A DNA stretch of 64,000 nt, taken from NCBI GenBank assembly GCA_036009625.1, contig DASYLJ010000166.1, forward strand, positions 1,703-65,702, in the 5' to 3' direction. The notes beneath the pieces were generated by a model. It had not been told where the DNA came from, did not search any database, and worked only from the letters and a program-made list of their open reading frames with translations. The stretch comes from Candidatus Binatia bacterium. Its GTDB lineage: Bacteria; Desulfobacterota; Binatia; DP-6. This document shows positions 31,545 through 41,578 of the stretch, piece after piece. The position numbers were made by a program, and so were the translations under genes. How positions within the stretch are numbered: position 1 is the stretch's first letter; each line of letters begins with the position of its first letter.

Positions 31545-33859
31545 ACCGATGGGCGGCGTGGCTGGTTGCCCACGGGCGGGGCTTCACGCTGCTCGTGCTG
31601 CTCATCTCCGTGGTGCTGGGCGTGATCGGATCGCAGCTCCGCTTCGATTTCCGCACCGCCGATCTGCTGCCGCAGGGCCACCCGTTCATCGCGGTCCACA
31701 ACCGCTTCCACAAGAACTTCAGCGAGGCGAACGTCCTCACGGTGATGATCGAGTCGCCGGACGGATCGATCTTCACGCCGGAACGCCTCGCCCTCGTCTG
31801 GGACATCACCAACGCCGTCGAGGCGCTTCCCGGCGTCAACCACGATCAGGTCGAGTCGATCGCGCATCGCGACACACGCTGGATACGCTCCCTGGCCGGT
31901 GGCCGTATGGAGGGCGGCCCGGTGATGATGGTCCGCCCGACGACCGTAGCCGAGGCGCGCGACATCGAGCGGACCGCGCTGTCCACCGGCTACCTGCTCG
32001 GCAACCTCATCTCGCTCGATCGCCACGCAGTGATCGTGCGGGCCGGGCTGATCGAATCGAAGCTCGACTTCCGGCGCCTGTTCGAGGCCGTGAACCAGAC
32101 CGTGCTCCCGCTGGCGACGGACGGTCTCCGCATCTACGTCAGCGGTGCGCCGCGACTCGATGGGTGGATCCTGGCGCTCGAGTGGCAGGTCGCGGCCGCA
32201 TTCGGTGCGGCGATCGTCGTGACCTGGATCCTGCTGTGGCTCTATTTCCGCGACTGGCGGGGGGCGCTCCGGCCGACGATCTCCGGTGGTCTGGCCGCGC
32301 TGTGGGGCCTAGGCGTGATGTATCTGTCCGGGTTCACGCTCAACCCGCTGATTCTCGTCATCCCCTTCCTGATCACGGCGCGCGCGGTGAGCCACTCCGC
32401 ACAGATGCACGACCGCTACTACGAGGAACTGGCGGCGGGGCGGGAGCAGTCGGTGGCCGTCCACGGTGCCTTCGACGGGCTGTGGGCACCGACCCTCGCC
32501 GGCATCCTCACCGATGCGCTCGGCGTGCTGGCGATCGGACTGGTGGCCATTCCCGCACTCCGCGCGCTGGCGCTGGCGGCCACCGCGTGGCTGCTCTCGC
32601 TCGTCGTCACCGAGCTGCTGTTGAACCCGATCATCTACAGCCGGCTGCGGCCGCCGGACCTCGCACGGATTCGGGCTCGTGAGACGGACGGGCTGACGCG
32701 GCTCTGCCGGCGGCTGGCGGCGATGATCGTCGATCCGCGCCGGCGTCGCCGGCTCCTCGTGGGGACGGCGGTCGCGTGTGCGGTGGCGATCGGATTCGTC
32801 GCCGGGATCGACATCGGCGACCCGTCCGCCTCTCGCGTCCTCGATCGGGATTCGGCGTACAACGAGGCTGCACGCGCGACGGAGGACAAATTCGGCGGCA
32901 CCGAGCGCTTCATGGTGGTCGTCGAGGGCGACGGGCCGCGCGCGCTCTATCAGCCCGAGGTGCTGCGCACGATCGAGAAGCTCCAGACCACGCTGGGCCG
33001 GCTCCCCGTCGTTGCCGCCAGCATCTCGCTCGTCGACATGCTGAAGGGCATGCGCGAACGCTTCCACGAGTCCGATCCGAAGTGGGGGGCGATTCCGAGC
33101 ACCGCGCAGGACGTGGCGTCGGAGTTCTTCCTGTACTGGGGATCGGTCTACCCCTCGACCAGCGCGCGGTTCTTCACGCCGGACTTCTCGTCCGCCCCGA
33201 TCACGTTCTTCTGTCGCGATCACACGGTCGCGCACGTGCGCGGGCTCGTGACGGCGGCCGAGGAGTTCATTGCCGCGCATCCGATGCCGGGAGCGCACTT
33301 CCTCCTCGCCGGCGGCTTCGTCGGCACCCTGGCGGCGGTGTACGACGAGATCCTGCGCAGCGACGCGCTCATGACGTTCGCGTCGTTCGCCGTGATCCTG
33401 TTCATCGTCGGGACGACGTATCGCTCGCTCGTGGCGGCGTTGCTGCTCACGCTGCCGCTCGTCGTCGCCAATCTCCTGGTCAACGCGTACATGGCGGCGC
33501 GGGGGATCGGCGTCGATCTCGATACCCTGCCGGTGATCGCCGTCGGTGTGGGGTTCGGGATCGACTACGGCATCTACCTGGTCAGCCGGATCCAGGAGGT
33601 GCTCGCGGACGGGAGCACCCTCGAGCAGGCCGTCGAACGCGCCATCGCCGGATCGGGACGGACCATCGCCTTCACGGCGATCACGATGACGGCCGGCGTG
33701 CTCTGCTTCACGCTGACCGAGATCCGATTCGTGAGCGAGATGGCGGCGCTGCTGGCGCTGTGGATGTGTGCCAGCGCGGTGACGTCGCTGGTCGTCCTGC
33801 CGGCGTTGCTCCTGACGCTGCGGCCGCGCTTCCTCACCGCGATGCGTCCGCTATCGTGA
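31541..33859 (+). CDS. MMPL / RND-superfamily exporter (HpnN-like)
   Basis: 772 aa from the ATG at 31541 ([27 protein letters not shown]). Two blocks of ~6 TM helices are each followed by a large periplasmic loop, the typical MMPL duplication. Confidence 0.8.
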   Translation: MNRWAAWLVAHGRGFTLLVLLISVVLGVIGSQLRFDFRTADLLPQGHPFIAVHNRFHKNFSEANVLTVMIESPDGSIFTPERLALVWDITNAVEALPGVNHDQVESIAHRDTRWIRSLAGGRMEGGPVMMVRPTTVAEARDIERTALSTGYLLGNLISLDRHAVIVRAGLIESKLDFRRLFEAVNQTVLPLATDGLRIYVSGAPRLDGWILALEWQVAAAFGAAIVVTWILLWLYFRDWRGALRPTISGGLAALWGLGVMYLSGFTLNPLILVIPFLITARAVSHSAQMHDRYYEELAAGREQSVAVHGAFDGLWAPTLAGILTDALGVLAIGLVAIPALRALALAATAWLLSLVVTELLLNPIIYSRLRPPDLARIRARETDGLTRLCRRLAAMIVDPRRRRRLLVGTAVACAVAIGFVAGIDIGDPSASRVLDRDSAYNEAARATEDKFGGTERFMVVVEGDGPRALYQPEVLRTIEKLQTTLGRLPVVAASISLVDMLKGMRERFHESDPKWGAIPSTAQDVASEFFLYWGSVYPSTSARFFTPDFSSAPITFFCRDHTVAHVRGLVTAAEEFIAAHPMPGAHFLLAGGFVGTLAAVYDEILRSDALMTFASFAVILFIVGTTYRSLVAALLLTLPLVVANLLVNAYMAARGIGVDLDTLPVIAVGVGFGIDYGIYLVSRIQEVLADGSTLEQAVERAIAGSGRTIAFTAITMTAGVLCFTLTEIRFVSEMAALLALWMCASAVTSLVVLPALLLTLRPRFLTAMRPLS

Positions 33860-34792
33860 CCGCGCGGCTTCGGTCCAGGCGACGGTGCGACGCAGCCCCT
33901 CCGCGAACGTCGTGCGTGCGACGAAGCCGAAGCGCTCTCGCGCGCGGCTGACGTCCAGACGTCGACGGGGTTGGCCGTTCGGTTGGGTCGCATCCCACCG
34001 GATGTCCCCCGCGAAGCCCGTTTCGCGGGCGATGGCGTCGGCCAGCTCGCGGATCGAGATGTCGACGCCCGAGCCCAGGTTCACGGGCTCGGGATCGTCG
34101 TATCGCTCCGTCGCCAGCACGATGCCCTCGGCGGCGTCCTCGACGTACAGGAACTCGCGCGTGGCGGAGCCGTCGCCCCAGCAGACGATCGACGGGGCGC
34201 CGGCGTCGCGCGCATCGCAGCACTTGCGGATGAGCGCCGGAATCACGTGCGACGTCTCGGGATCGGAGCGATCGTGCGGACCGTAGAGATTCACCGGCAG
34301 GAGATAGATGCCGGGGAGGCCGTACTGTTGTCGGTACGCCTGCAGCTGGACGAGGAGCATCTTCTTGGCGAGACCGTACGGCGCGTTCGTCTCCTCCGGA
34401 TAGCCGTTCCACAGGTCGTCCTCGCGAAACGGTACCGGCGTGTGTTTCGGATAGGCGCACACCGTCCCCACGCACGTGATCTTGCGGATGCCCGCCAGCC
34501 GACCCTGCTCGACCAGATGAAGACCCATGAGGGCGTTGTCGTAGAAGAAGGACCCGGGATGGGAGCGGTTGGCGCCGATGCCGCCGACGACGGCGGCGAG
34601 ATGGATCAACACCGTGGGGCGCGTCTCGACGTATAGGCGCGCGGTGGCGGCGGCATCGCGCAGATCGTACTCGGTGCGACGGGGCACGATCACGTCGCGA
34701 CAGCCGTGCTGCTCGAGGGCGGCGACGACGTGGCGGCCGAGGAAGCCCGCGCCGCCGGTGACGCACACCCGTTCGCTGGCGAGGTCGATCAT
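33851..34792 (-). CDS. fcl: GDP-L-fucose synthase (GDP-4-keto-6-deoxymannose 3,5-epimerase/4-reductase)
   Basis: Trimmed to the ATG at 34790-34792. [22 protein letters not shown]...[11 protein letters not shown]...[11 protein letters not shown]...[10 protein letters not shown]...[17 protein letters not shown] tracks E. coli Fcl/WcaG throughout. Confidence 0.88.
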   Translation of the reverse strand: MIDLASERVCVTGGAGFLGRHVVAALEQHGCRDVIVPRRTEYDLRDAAATARLYVETRPTVLIHLAAVVGGIGANRSHPGSFFYDNALMGLHLVEQGRLAGIRKITCVGTVCAYPKHTPVPFREDDLWNGYPEETNAPYGLAKKMLLVQLQAYRQQYGLPGIYLLPVNLYGPHDRSDPETSHVIPALIRKCCDARDAGAPSIVCWGDGSATREFLYVEDAAEGIVLATERYDDPEPVNLGSGVDISIRELADAIARETGFAGDIRWDATQPNGQPRRRLDVSRARERFGFVARTTFAEGLRRTVAWTEAARSR

Positions 34793-35544
34793 GCGAGCGC
34801 GGCGCCCATGCGGATGTCGCCGTCGATGCGCTCGACGTCCACCGGCGGCGCGATGCCGAGCCGCGCCATGCTGGCGGCGCAGGCCGAGAGCAGGCGGCCG
34901 TCGTCGGTGCTCTCGCCGAAGACGGCGAGGTTCCGCGCCGTGACGTACCGGATCTCGTCCGCCGGAACCTTCCAGACGTCGCCGTGGCCGGGCTCCTGCC
35001 CGGTCCACTCGTCGAGCTGTTTGGCACGGATGGGCTCGTGCGGGAATCGGCGGAACGCGTCACGCAGGACGCGCACGCGCACGTACTGGTGGATCCAGAA
35101 CTGGTGGACGTCGAGGCGGCGGAGGAGCACCTCGCCGTCGGGTGTCGTCGTGCCGCCGTCGCTGCTGACGTGCCCGTCGACGAGGAGCTTACGACAGCGG
35201 CAGAAGATGAGCCCGGTAACGGTAGGGTCGTCCAACCCGACGAGCCACGCGTGCAGTCGCGAGACGGCCGCGACGTCGACATCGATCAGCCACTTGTCGT
35301 CGATGCACCAGTAGACCCACTCGTCGTCGGGAAGATCGCGCAGCAGGGTCTCGACGGTCGCGATGATGGGACCCGGCGACGGAACGAGCTCGATCGCAGG
35401 GTCGGACCACTCGTCCGGCCAGCGTGCGTGCTGGAAGGGGATGCGAAAGACGAACGGATGATCGGGCCAGCGCGTGCGGTAGGTGCGCACCATGTGCGCC
35501 GCCATCGGCGCGTAGCGGTCGCAGCTCAGTACGATGGCGCGCAT
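34789..35544 (-). CDS. hypothetical protein translationally coupled to fcl
   Basis: Start at the ATG at 35542-35544 ([38 protein letters not shown]...). Its stop overlaps the fcl ATG (ATGA). It is Trp/His-rich, cytoplasmic-looking, and I recognise no family. Confidence 0.6.
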   Translation of the reverse strand: MRAIVLSCDRYAPMAAHMVRTYRTRWPDHPFVFRIPFQHARWPDEWSDPAIELVPSPGPIIATVETLLRDLPDDEWVYWCIDDKWLIDVDVAAVSRLHAWLVGLDDPTVTGLIFCRCRKLLVDGHVSSDGGTTTPDGEVLLRRLDVHQFWIHQYVRVRVLRDAFRRFPHEPIRAKQLDEWTGQEPGHGDVWKVPADEIRYVTARNLAVFGESTDDGRLLSACAASMARLGIAPPVDVERIDGDIRMGAALA

Positions 35545-35642
35545 GCGGCGGTTTCGTATCAGGGGGAGGATGGGGCTGCGAGCTTCGCTGCTCGCGATCC
35601 AGCGCATGCTGGTGTACGCGACAGAGTGGAGACGGAGGTCGG

Positions 35643-36041
35643 ATGATGGGTCGAGGCATGACGTGGGTCGCGCTGCTCGTCGTGCTGTGCGGGACGCCGG
35701 GGATGGCCACGGAGTCCAGCGAGGTCGAGCCGAACGACGCCGCGGGGCAGGCGACCGCGCTCGGCGACCCCACGACCGGGCTCCTGGTGGAGGGCAACGT
35801 CTTCCCCGCTGACGACGTCGGCTACTGGTCGTTCACGGCGCAGGCGGACGATCGGGTCTCGGTGGCGGCCATCACCGCGTCATCGGCGGGAAACAGCGAC
35901 AGCCAGATCGAGGTGCTCGCCGCCAATGGCATCACGGTCCTCGAGGGGAAGCAGGCGTCGGGCGCGATCGAGGCGGCGGCGCGACAGGCGCTACGCGACG
36001 CCGTCACGGCAGCGCAGGGCGATCTGTGTGGAGCGACGTGA
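35643..36041 (+). CDS. small secreted protein with pre-peptidase C-terminal (PPC)-like domain
   Basis: The ATG at 35643 gives MMGRGMTWVALLVVLCGTPGMA. It is followed by ESSEVEPNDAAGQATALG...GNVFPADDVGYWSFTAQADDRVSV, which resembles the EPND...D.D.Y.F pattern of PPC domains. Confidence 0.6.
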   Translation: MMGRGMTWVALLVVLCGTPGMATESSEVEPNDAAGQATALGDPTTGLLVEGNVFPADDVGYWSFTAQADDRVSVAAITASSAGNSDSQIEVLAANGITVLEGKQASGAIEAAARQALRDAVTAAQGDLCGAT

Positions 36042-36442
36042 TGCGTCCCGTCTTCCATCTGGCGTTCCCGGTCTCGAGCCTGGCGGAGTCGGAGCGCTTC
36101 TACGTGACCACGTTGGGTGCAACCGCGGGACGACGCAGTCGCACGTCGTTGGACCTGCTGCTCTTCGGGCATCAGCTCACGATCCACGAGCGCCCCGCCG
36201 AGGTGCTCACGCCAGAGCAGACGGGCGTCCGTCACTTCGGCGTCATCCTGGGATGGGACGAATGGGACATCCTGTGCGCCAGGCTACGCGAAGAGGGAGT
36301 CCAGTTCGTGCGTGAGCCGTCGGTGGTCCATCAGGGAACGCCGCGCGAAGAGGGCAAGATGCTTCTTCTCGACCCGAGCGGGAACCTGATCGAGCTGAAG
36401 ACCTATCGCGACCCACGAGCTGCGCTCGGTCTCGACGTCTAG
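36041..36442 (+). CDS. VOC (glyoxalase/bleomycin-resistance/dioxygenase) family protein
   Basis: MRPVFHLAFPVSSLAESERFYVTTLG...VRHFGVIL...LLLDPSGNLIELK is the typical VOC fold signature. The ATG overlaps the previous TGA (TGATG). Confidence 0.8.
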   Translation: MRPVFHLAFPVSSLAESERFYVTTLGATAGRRSRTSLDLLLFGHQLTIHERPAEVLTPEQTGVRHFGVILGWDEWDILCARLREEGVQFVREPSVVHQGTPREEGKMLLLDPSGNLIELKTYRDPRAALGLDV

Positions 36443-36497
36443 ACCGGCGACGTCGCGGAGGGCTGGCCGTCGCTGGCGACTGCGGGTACAGGGAGCC

Positions 36498-37310
36498 ATG
36501 CGACTCGGCCTCTACGTCCGCAACATGGGTCCGCAGTCGGCGCCCGACACGGTGGTGGCGTGTGCCCGCGCGGTGGAGGAGGTGGGGCTCGACCATCTCT
36601 GGGTCGGCGATCACATCGCCATCCCGCCCGACGATGCGGAGGGCTCGAACGGCCGCTACCTCGATCCCCTGGCGACGCTGGCGTTCCTCGCCGGCTGCAC
36701 GTCGCGCGTCCAGCTCGGGCTCGGCGTGCTGGTGCTGCCGTATCGCCCGCCGCTGCCGACGGCGAAGTGGATCGCGACCATCCAGGAGCTGTCGCGCGGT
36801 CGGCTGCTCTTCGGCGTGGGGTCGGGATGGATGAAGCCCGAGTTCCGCGCGGTCGGCGTGGACTACACGCGCCGCGGGAAGATCACCGATGCCACCCTCG
36901 AGTTCCTGCAGCGCTGCTTCACGGACGACGTCGTCGAGGAGAATGGCCAGCCGTTTCTATTCCGCCCGCGTCCGCCACGTCCGCCGATCCTCGTCGGCGG
37001 CGCGCCGGAGTACGCCTTCCCGCGCATCGTGCGCTTCGGTGACGGCTGGATGCCGTTCGGCGTCGAGGTCGACGATCTCGCGCCGCAGATCGCCGAGCTG
37101 CGCCGCCAGATGAGGGCGGCGGGCAAGCCCGATCCAGAGATCGTCGCGGTCACACGGCTCGACTTGGACGACCCACCAGCAGCGTCGGCTCGTGCGAACG
37201 CCTTCGCTGCGGCCGGCGCCACTGCGCTGGTGCACGGGTGGCGCTACACGGGTTACGACGACTTTCGCGTCGGCGCCGACGCGATGGCCGCGCTCGATAT
37301 CGCGCGGTAG
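36498..37310 (+). CDS. LLM-class (luciferase-like) F420-dependent oxidoreductase
   Basis: MRLGLYVRNMG...EEVGLDHLWVGDHIAIP...LDPLATLAFLAGCTSRVQLGLGVLVLPYRPPLPTAKWIATIQELSRGRLLFGVGSGW matches the TIGR03619-type LLM pattern from memory. Confidence 0.8.
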   Translation: MRLGLYVRNMGPQSAPDTVVACARAVEEVGLDHLWVGDHIAIPPDDAEGSNGRYLDPLATLAFLAGCTSRVQLGLGVLVLPYRPPLPTAKWIATIQELSRGRLLFGVGSGWMKPEFRAVGVDYTRRGKITDATLEFLQRCFTDDVVEENGQPFLFRPRPPRPPILVGGAPEYAFPRIVRFGDGWMPFGVEVDDLAPQIAELRRQMRAAGKPDPEIVAVTRLDLDDPPAASARANAFAAAGATALVHGWRYTGYDDFRVGADAMAALDIAR

Positions 37311-37315
37311 TCGTC

Positions 37316-38428
37316 CTACTGGGACGGCGCGAGGCAGGCGATGTCGGCCTGCGCGCGGTCGAGGACGTCGCCGAGTGCCGTGCCGCACGGCGCGGAGAGG
37401 CGACGGCGCGCCGCCTTGTCCACCTTGGCGCTCGCCGCCCGCAGACGCTTCCGGGCGCGGTTCAGGAACCGACTCGCCTTCGCGCCGGGCGCTGCCGCGC
37501 GCTGCAGGAATCCGTCCGCCTGCTGGAAGAGCTTGCCGATGGCGGCGGGCACGTCGTCGGCGGTGCATTCCGGGACGCTCACGCTGCCGAGGAAGCCGGC
37601 ACCGACGTCCGTCAGCGCCGTCGCCTCCGACACGCAGCCCGCGTCGGCTGCACACCGATCACGCGTGCACGCATTGCCGTCATCGCAAGCGGAGGTGACG
37701 GTGTCGACGTGCTCGCACGTGCCGTAGGCGGAGCAGCGATCGGTGGTGCACGGGCTACCGTCGTCGCACTGCGGGTCGGTCGTACAGTCGGTGGTGGCGC
37801 CGGCTCGGATCGAGATGTCGGCACAGTGGTGGTAGAAGCACGGCGCCGGGTGGTCCGACATGAACTCCAGGACCTGCAGCGTGCAACGCGTGCAGGTGAC
37901 GTCGGAGGGCAGGGTCACCTCGAACGACACCGTGTCATCGAAAGCGCTCGTGTGCGGCAGCTTGCCGTCGGCGAGCACCGGGAACTGCGGCGGATCGATG
38001 ACGTCGACGCTGCCGCAGTCGGTCACGCCGGGCGCGACGAGCGGATTCGTGGGGAGCTCGCTCTGGTCGTTCACGGCGAGCGCCACACGGTAGTGCCCGG
38101 GGTGGTAGATCGTCTCGTCGAGCGTGATGGTGATGGTCTGGCCGGGGGTGAAGGACGTCACCACGCCCGTTGCTGCGACGTCGCCCTCGTTGCCGCAGGG
38201 GCCGATCTTCTGCGGCGAACCGATGAAATCCTGGGTGCGCCAGGAGCCGGGGGAATGCAGCGTGAAGTGCGCGACCGCGCTGCGCGGGAAAACTGCGGCG
38301 ACGAGGAGCGCGCCGAGGACGAGGGGCAACGCAGGAATGACGATGGGATACTCTCCGTCCGGAGATCGGGCAACGGCACGCGCTGCGTCGAAATCGATTG
38401 ACACGCGCGGACGGGTGATGCGAGCCAT
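37316..38428 (-). CDS. secreted His1 (histidine-brace-like, polysaccharide-monooxygenase-like) protein with Myxococcus-type Cys-rich repeats
   Basis: The hydrophobic signal region IVIPALPLVLGALLVAAVFPRSAVA is followed directly by HFTLHSPGSW... Further features are HPGHYRV, FYHHCADI, then CTTDPQCDDGSPCTTDRCSAYGTCEH and CDDGNACTRDRCAADAGC. The start is uncertain: ATG at 38428 or GTG at 38404. Confidence 0.7.
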   Translation of the reverse strand: MARITRPRVSIDFDAARAVARSPDGEYPIVIPALPLVLGALLVAAVFPRSAVAHFTLHSPGSWRTQDFIGSPQKIGPCGNEGDVAATGVVTSFTPGQTITITLDETIYHPGHYRVALAVNDQSELPTNPLVAPGVTDCGSVDVIDPPQFPVLADGKLPHTSAFDDTVSFEVTLPSDVTCTRCTLQVLEFMSDHPAPCFYHHCADISIRAGATTDCTTDPQCDDGSPCTTDRCSAYGTCEHVDTVTSACDDGNACTRDRCAADAGCVSEATALTDVGAGFLGSVSVPECTADDVPAAIGKLFQQADGFLQRAAAPGAKASRFLNRARKRLRAASAKVDKAARRRLSAPCGTALGDVLDRAQADIACLAPSQ

Positions 38429-38430
38429 CC

Positions 38431-41400
38431 ATGATGTCCCGCTTCTTCGCAGTCCCGCTGGCTCTCGCGCTCTCGACCTGCCTGGTCGTTCCCGCGTCCG
38501 CCGCCACGGTCGTCGACCTCGGCTCGTTCCTTCCGATCGGGATCAACCGCCACGGCGTCGTGGTCGGCGACATCCTCGACTTCAACGCCGACGACGCCGT
38601 CGGGCACGCCGGCATGTGGGCCAACGGCGTGCTGACGCCACTGCCCGAGCGTCCTGGCGTGGTGCTCACCGACGCCCTGGCGATCAGCGACACCGGGCGG
38701 ATCGTGGGACTGGAGTACGTCGACGGCAACAACGTGCATGCCATCTTCTGGGATGGCGCCGTCCTGCCGACGCAGATCGGTCCGCTCAGCAATGGCTACG
38801 ACTTCAGTCAGGCGGTCGACGTCGATGCCCTCGGCAACGTCGTCGGCTCGACGACGGTCGATGGGCCGCCGCACTACCTCTTCGGCTTCTATGCCCCGGC
38901 CGGAGGGGGGCCGATACCCGTGGGGGTCGGAGACCTCGATGCCGATCAGGGCAACAGTCGCGTGGGAGCGATCAGCGGCGACGGCGCGACGCTGCTCGGC
39001 GAGGTCACCGGAACGGACAGCGCGGACGGGTACTACCTCTGGTCGACGGCCACTCCCGCCGCACCCGGCATCAAGCTCGACATCACGCCCGACCGCAATG
39101 CGTTCTCCCTGTTCGGGGGATCGATCTACAGCCCGCTGCTGATCCAGAACACGCTGGCGAACGATGGTGCGGTGTTCGGCTTCAAGGAGGCCGGTGAGGT
39201 CAGGACCTGGTTCCTGCGCACGCCGGACGGGACCGAAACCCCGATCGTCGGGCTGGCGGCCCACAACGGGATCAACGCGCGGCACCTGGTCGTCGGCACC
39301 CTGTTCACCGGCAACATGATGGACCCGGTGCGTGCGGCGAAGTGGGACCCGACGACGAAGACCGTCACCGACCTGAACACGCTGCTGCCACCGAGCTCTG
39401 GGTTCGTCCTCTACGATGCACTGGCGATCTCCGACACCGGCGATATCGTCGGGCTCGGGGTTCACGACGGTGTCGAGGTCGGGTTCCTGCTGCGATCGCC
39501 GGCGCTGACGGCGCAGGCGGTGGCGTCGCCCGCGCAGGTGAAGATCGATCCCAACATCAATGACGCGATCCAGGTCGTCGTGACGCTGCTCAACAGCACG
39601 GAGCAGACCCTCGCCGGCGTTGCCGCCACTGGCGCGCCGACGGTGGCGGGCACGGGTGCGGTCGAGGCCGTCGGCGCGCCGGTACCGCCGTCCGTCGATC
39701 TCGCGCCCGGGCAGAGCGGCACGATCACGTACACGTTCAAGCCCACCAAGGCCGGGAAGGTGACGCTCACGTTCCCTGGTTTCGCCGACGCCTCGGGGAC
39801 GGTGCAGAACGACGAGGGATCCGTCTCGACGGGCGAGGTGAAGATCGTCGATGTGACCGTCGAGGTGACGGTGACGCCGTCGTCGCTCGCCAGCGACAGC
39901 AGCCGCAACTCGTTCGGTGTCGTGCGCATCAAGGTGATCGATTCGAAGGGCCAGCCGATCGTCGGGCAGCGCGTGCGCCTCAAGGTGCCGCGCTGGTTCG
40001 GTGCGCTCCGCGATCGTACCCCGTCGCTGCTCGTCTGCGACGACGCCGGTGCGCGCATCTATCCGCCGGGCGAGAATCCGATCCTCGACAACGTGCGCAT
40101 CGCGACGACGGGGAGCAGCGGCGAGCTCGTCTATGGTCTGTGGCTCGGGACCGACCGGACCGCACCTCCGTCGACGCAGCTGTTCGTGCCGGCGGAGGCG
40201 ATCGACGACGCCGGCGCGCTGATCTCGGAAGGGGGCAAGCTCGTCGACATCGCCACCCCGACCCAAGGGCCGGCGCCCGGTGTCGATCTCGCGAAGCGGC
40301 AGCTCGACGAGCGGCAGACGAGTGAGCTGCCGCCGGGGCAGCGCCAGGATCCTGCGGGCGTCACCGGTCGTGGCGCGCCGACGGCGGTGCTGCAGTCGCT
40401 GATCCGCTGGCTCGAGAGCGAGCGCGAGAGAGGTTTCCCTGCGCTGCAGAACGTCGACTTCGGACCCATCACGACGATCGACGGAACGCAGGCTGGTGTC
40501 GTGTTCTTCCCCCGCGGGCAGGGGGCGCTGGTGCTCGAGCATCTTCGCAGTGAGGCGGGCGCGAATCCGCCCGGCGGGGCGTTCGTGCTGCAGATGGAGG
40601 TCAGTCAGCTCGACCCGCGCGGTCGTCACGAAGTGCAGTGGACGCGCGACCTGATGTCGCTCGCCACCTGGGAGACGACGCGACCGCTCAACGCCTTGGG
40701 GATCGAGAACGCGGCGAAGCCCATCCGTGGTCGCGCCGTCGCGGCGACCGGCGTCGTGACGAGCGATCCGAACGCGTTCTTCGGCTTTCCGTATGCGACG
40801 GCGTCGCCGACCGGAGGGTACGCTGGGAGCTGCCTGCCGGTGATGAACGGTGTCGGTGTGGACGTGCACTCGCCGGTGACGCTGCTCGTGAAGGATGCCG
40901 CGGGTGGTGGTGTCGGATTCGATGCGGCCGGTGCGTACACCAACGAGCTCGAGGGTGGGACGTACGCGGGCGGTGAGCCGAGCCAGTATCTGCTGCCGCC
41001 GGGCACGTTCACGGCCGACATCAACGGGACCGATTCGGGGAAGGCGACGATCGTGCTGACGGCGTCGGGGGCGAGCGGGGTCACGGCGAAGACCGTCGCG
41101 TTGAAGGCGAAGGCGGGGAAGACCGGGACGCTCGAGTTCGACGATAGCCTCGCGGCGCCACGGGGGACGTTCAACAAGCGCAGGCTCAAGGTGAAGGGCG
41201 GGGTGCCGCTGGCGATCAGCGGGCTCAAGCGGCGCGTGAAGGTGCAACGCGGGGATGAGCTGACGCTGAGCGTGCGTGATGCGTTCGGATCGCCGGTGCA
41301 GGGAGCGCGCGTGCACGCGACAGGAAAGGGCTTCGACGCGAGCACCGTCACGGCGACGGACGGGTCGGCAGCGATGCCGCTGCTGCTGACGAAGTCGGTG

Positions 41401-41475
41401 CGGATGACCGTGGAGGTGAGTGGAGCGGGGTTGGAGACGAAGAAGGTGAAGGTGGCGGTGAAGGTGCGGAAGTGA
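38431..41475 (+). CDS. large secreted protein with HAF-type extracellular repeats and Ig-like C-terminal domains
   Basis: Signal peptide MMSRFFAVPLALALSTCLVVPASA. Repeats of the type GINRHGVVVGD...HAGMWANG, ALAISDTGRIVG...HAIFWDG and ALAISDTGDIVGLG resemble HAF repeats. The C-terminal half is rich in beta-strand, Ig-like segments. Confidence 0.75.
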   Translation: MMSRFFAVPLALALSTCLVVPASAATVVDLGSFLPIGINRHGVVVGDILDFNADDAVGHAGMWANGVLTPLPERPGVVLTDALAISDTGRIVGLEYVDGNNVHAIFWDGAVLPTQIGPLSNGYDFSQAVDVDALGNVVGSTTVDGPPHYLFGFYAPAGGGPIPVGVGDLDADQGNSRVGAISGDGATLLGEVTGTDSADGYYLWSTATPAAPGIKLDITPDRNAFSLFGGSIYSPLLIQNTLANDGAVFGFKEAGEVRTWFLRTPDGTETPIVGLAAHNGINARHLVVGTLFTGNMMDPVRAAKWDPTTKTVTDLNTLLPPSSGFVLYDALAISDTGDIVGLGVHDGVEVGFLLRSPALTAQAVASPAQVKIDPNINDAIQVVVTLLNSTEQTLAGVAATGAPTVAGTGAVEAVGAPVPPSVDLAPGQSGTITYTFKPTKAGKVTLTFPGFADASGTVQNDEGSVSTGEVKIVDVTVEVTVTPSSLASDSSRNSFGVVRIKVIDSKGQPIVGQRVRLKVPRWFGALRDRTPSLLVCDDAGARIYPPGENPILDNVRIATTGSSGELVYGLWLGTDRTAPPSTQLFVPAEAIDDAGALISEGGKLVDIATPTQGPAPGVDLAKRQLDERQTSELPPGQRQDPAGVTGRGAPTAVLQSLIRWLESERERGFPALQNVDFGPITTIDGTQAGVVFFPRGQGALVLEHLRSEAGANPPGGAFVLQMEVSQLDPRGRHEVQWTRDLMSLATWETTRPLNALGIENAAKPIRGRAVAATGVVTSDPNAFFGFPYATASPTGGYAGSCLPVMNGVGVDVHSPVTLLVKDAAGGGVGFDAAGAYTNELEGGTYAGGEPSQYLLPPGTFTADINGTDSGKATIVLTASGASGVTAKTVALKAKAGKTGTLEFDDSLAAPRGTFNKRRLKVKGGVPLAISGLKRRVKVQRGDELTLSVRDAFGSPVQGARVHATGKGFDASTVTATDGSAAMPLLLTKSVRMTVEVSGAGLETKKVKVAVKVRK

Positions 41476-41578
41476 GGTAGGGCGCTCGGTGCGCGAGTCC
41501 GTTGGCAGGCAGATGCCCAGCGCGGTGACACGTCATCGAGGTGATCGAGCACGCAACGCGATGTGGACGGACGTCACA

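Noticed and set aside
38158-41316. 1052-aa minus-strand ORF opposite the HAF-repeat gene
   Set aside because: It is an antisense shadow ORF (Arg/Asp/His-rich) with no motifs. The plus-strand gene has a signal peptide and repeat structure.
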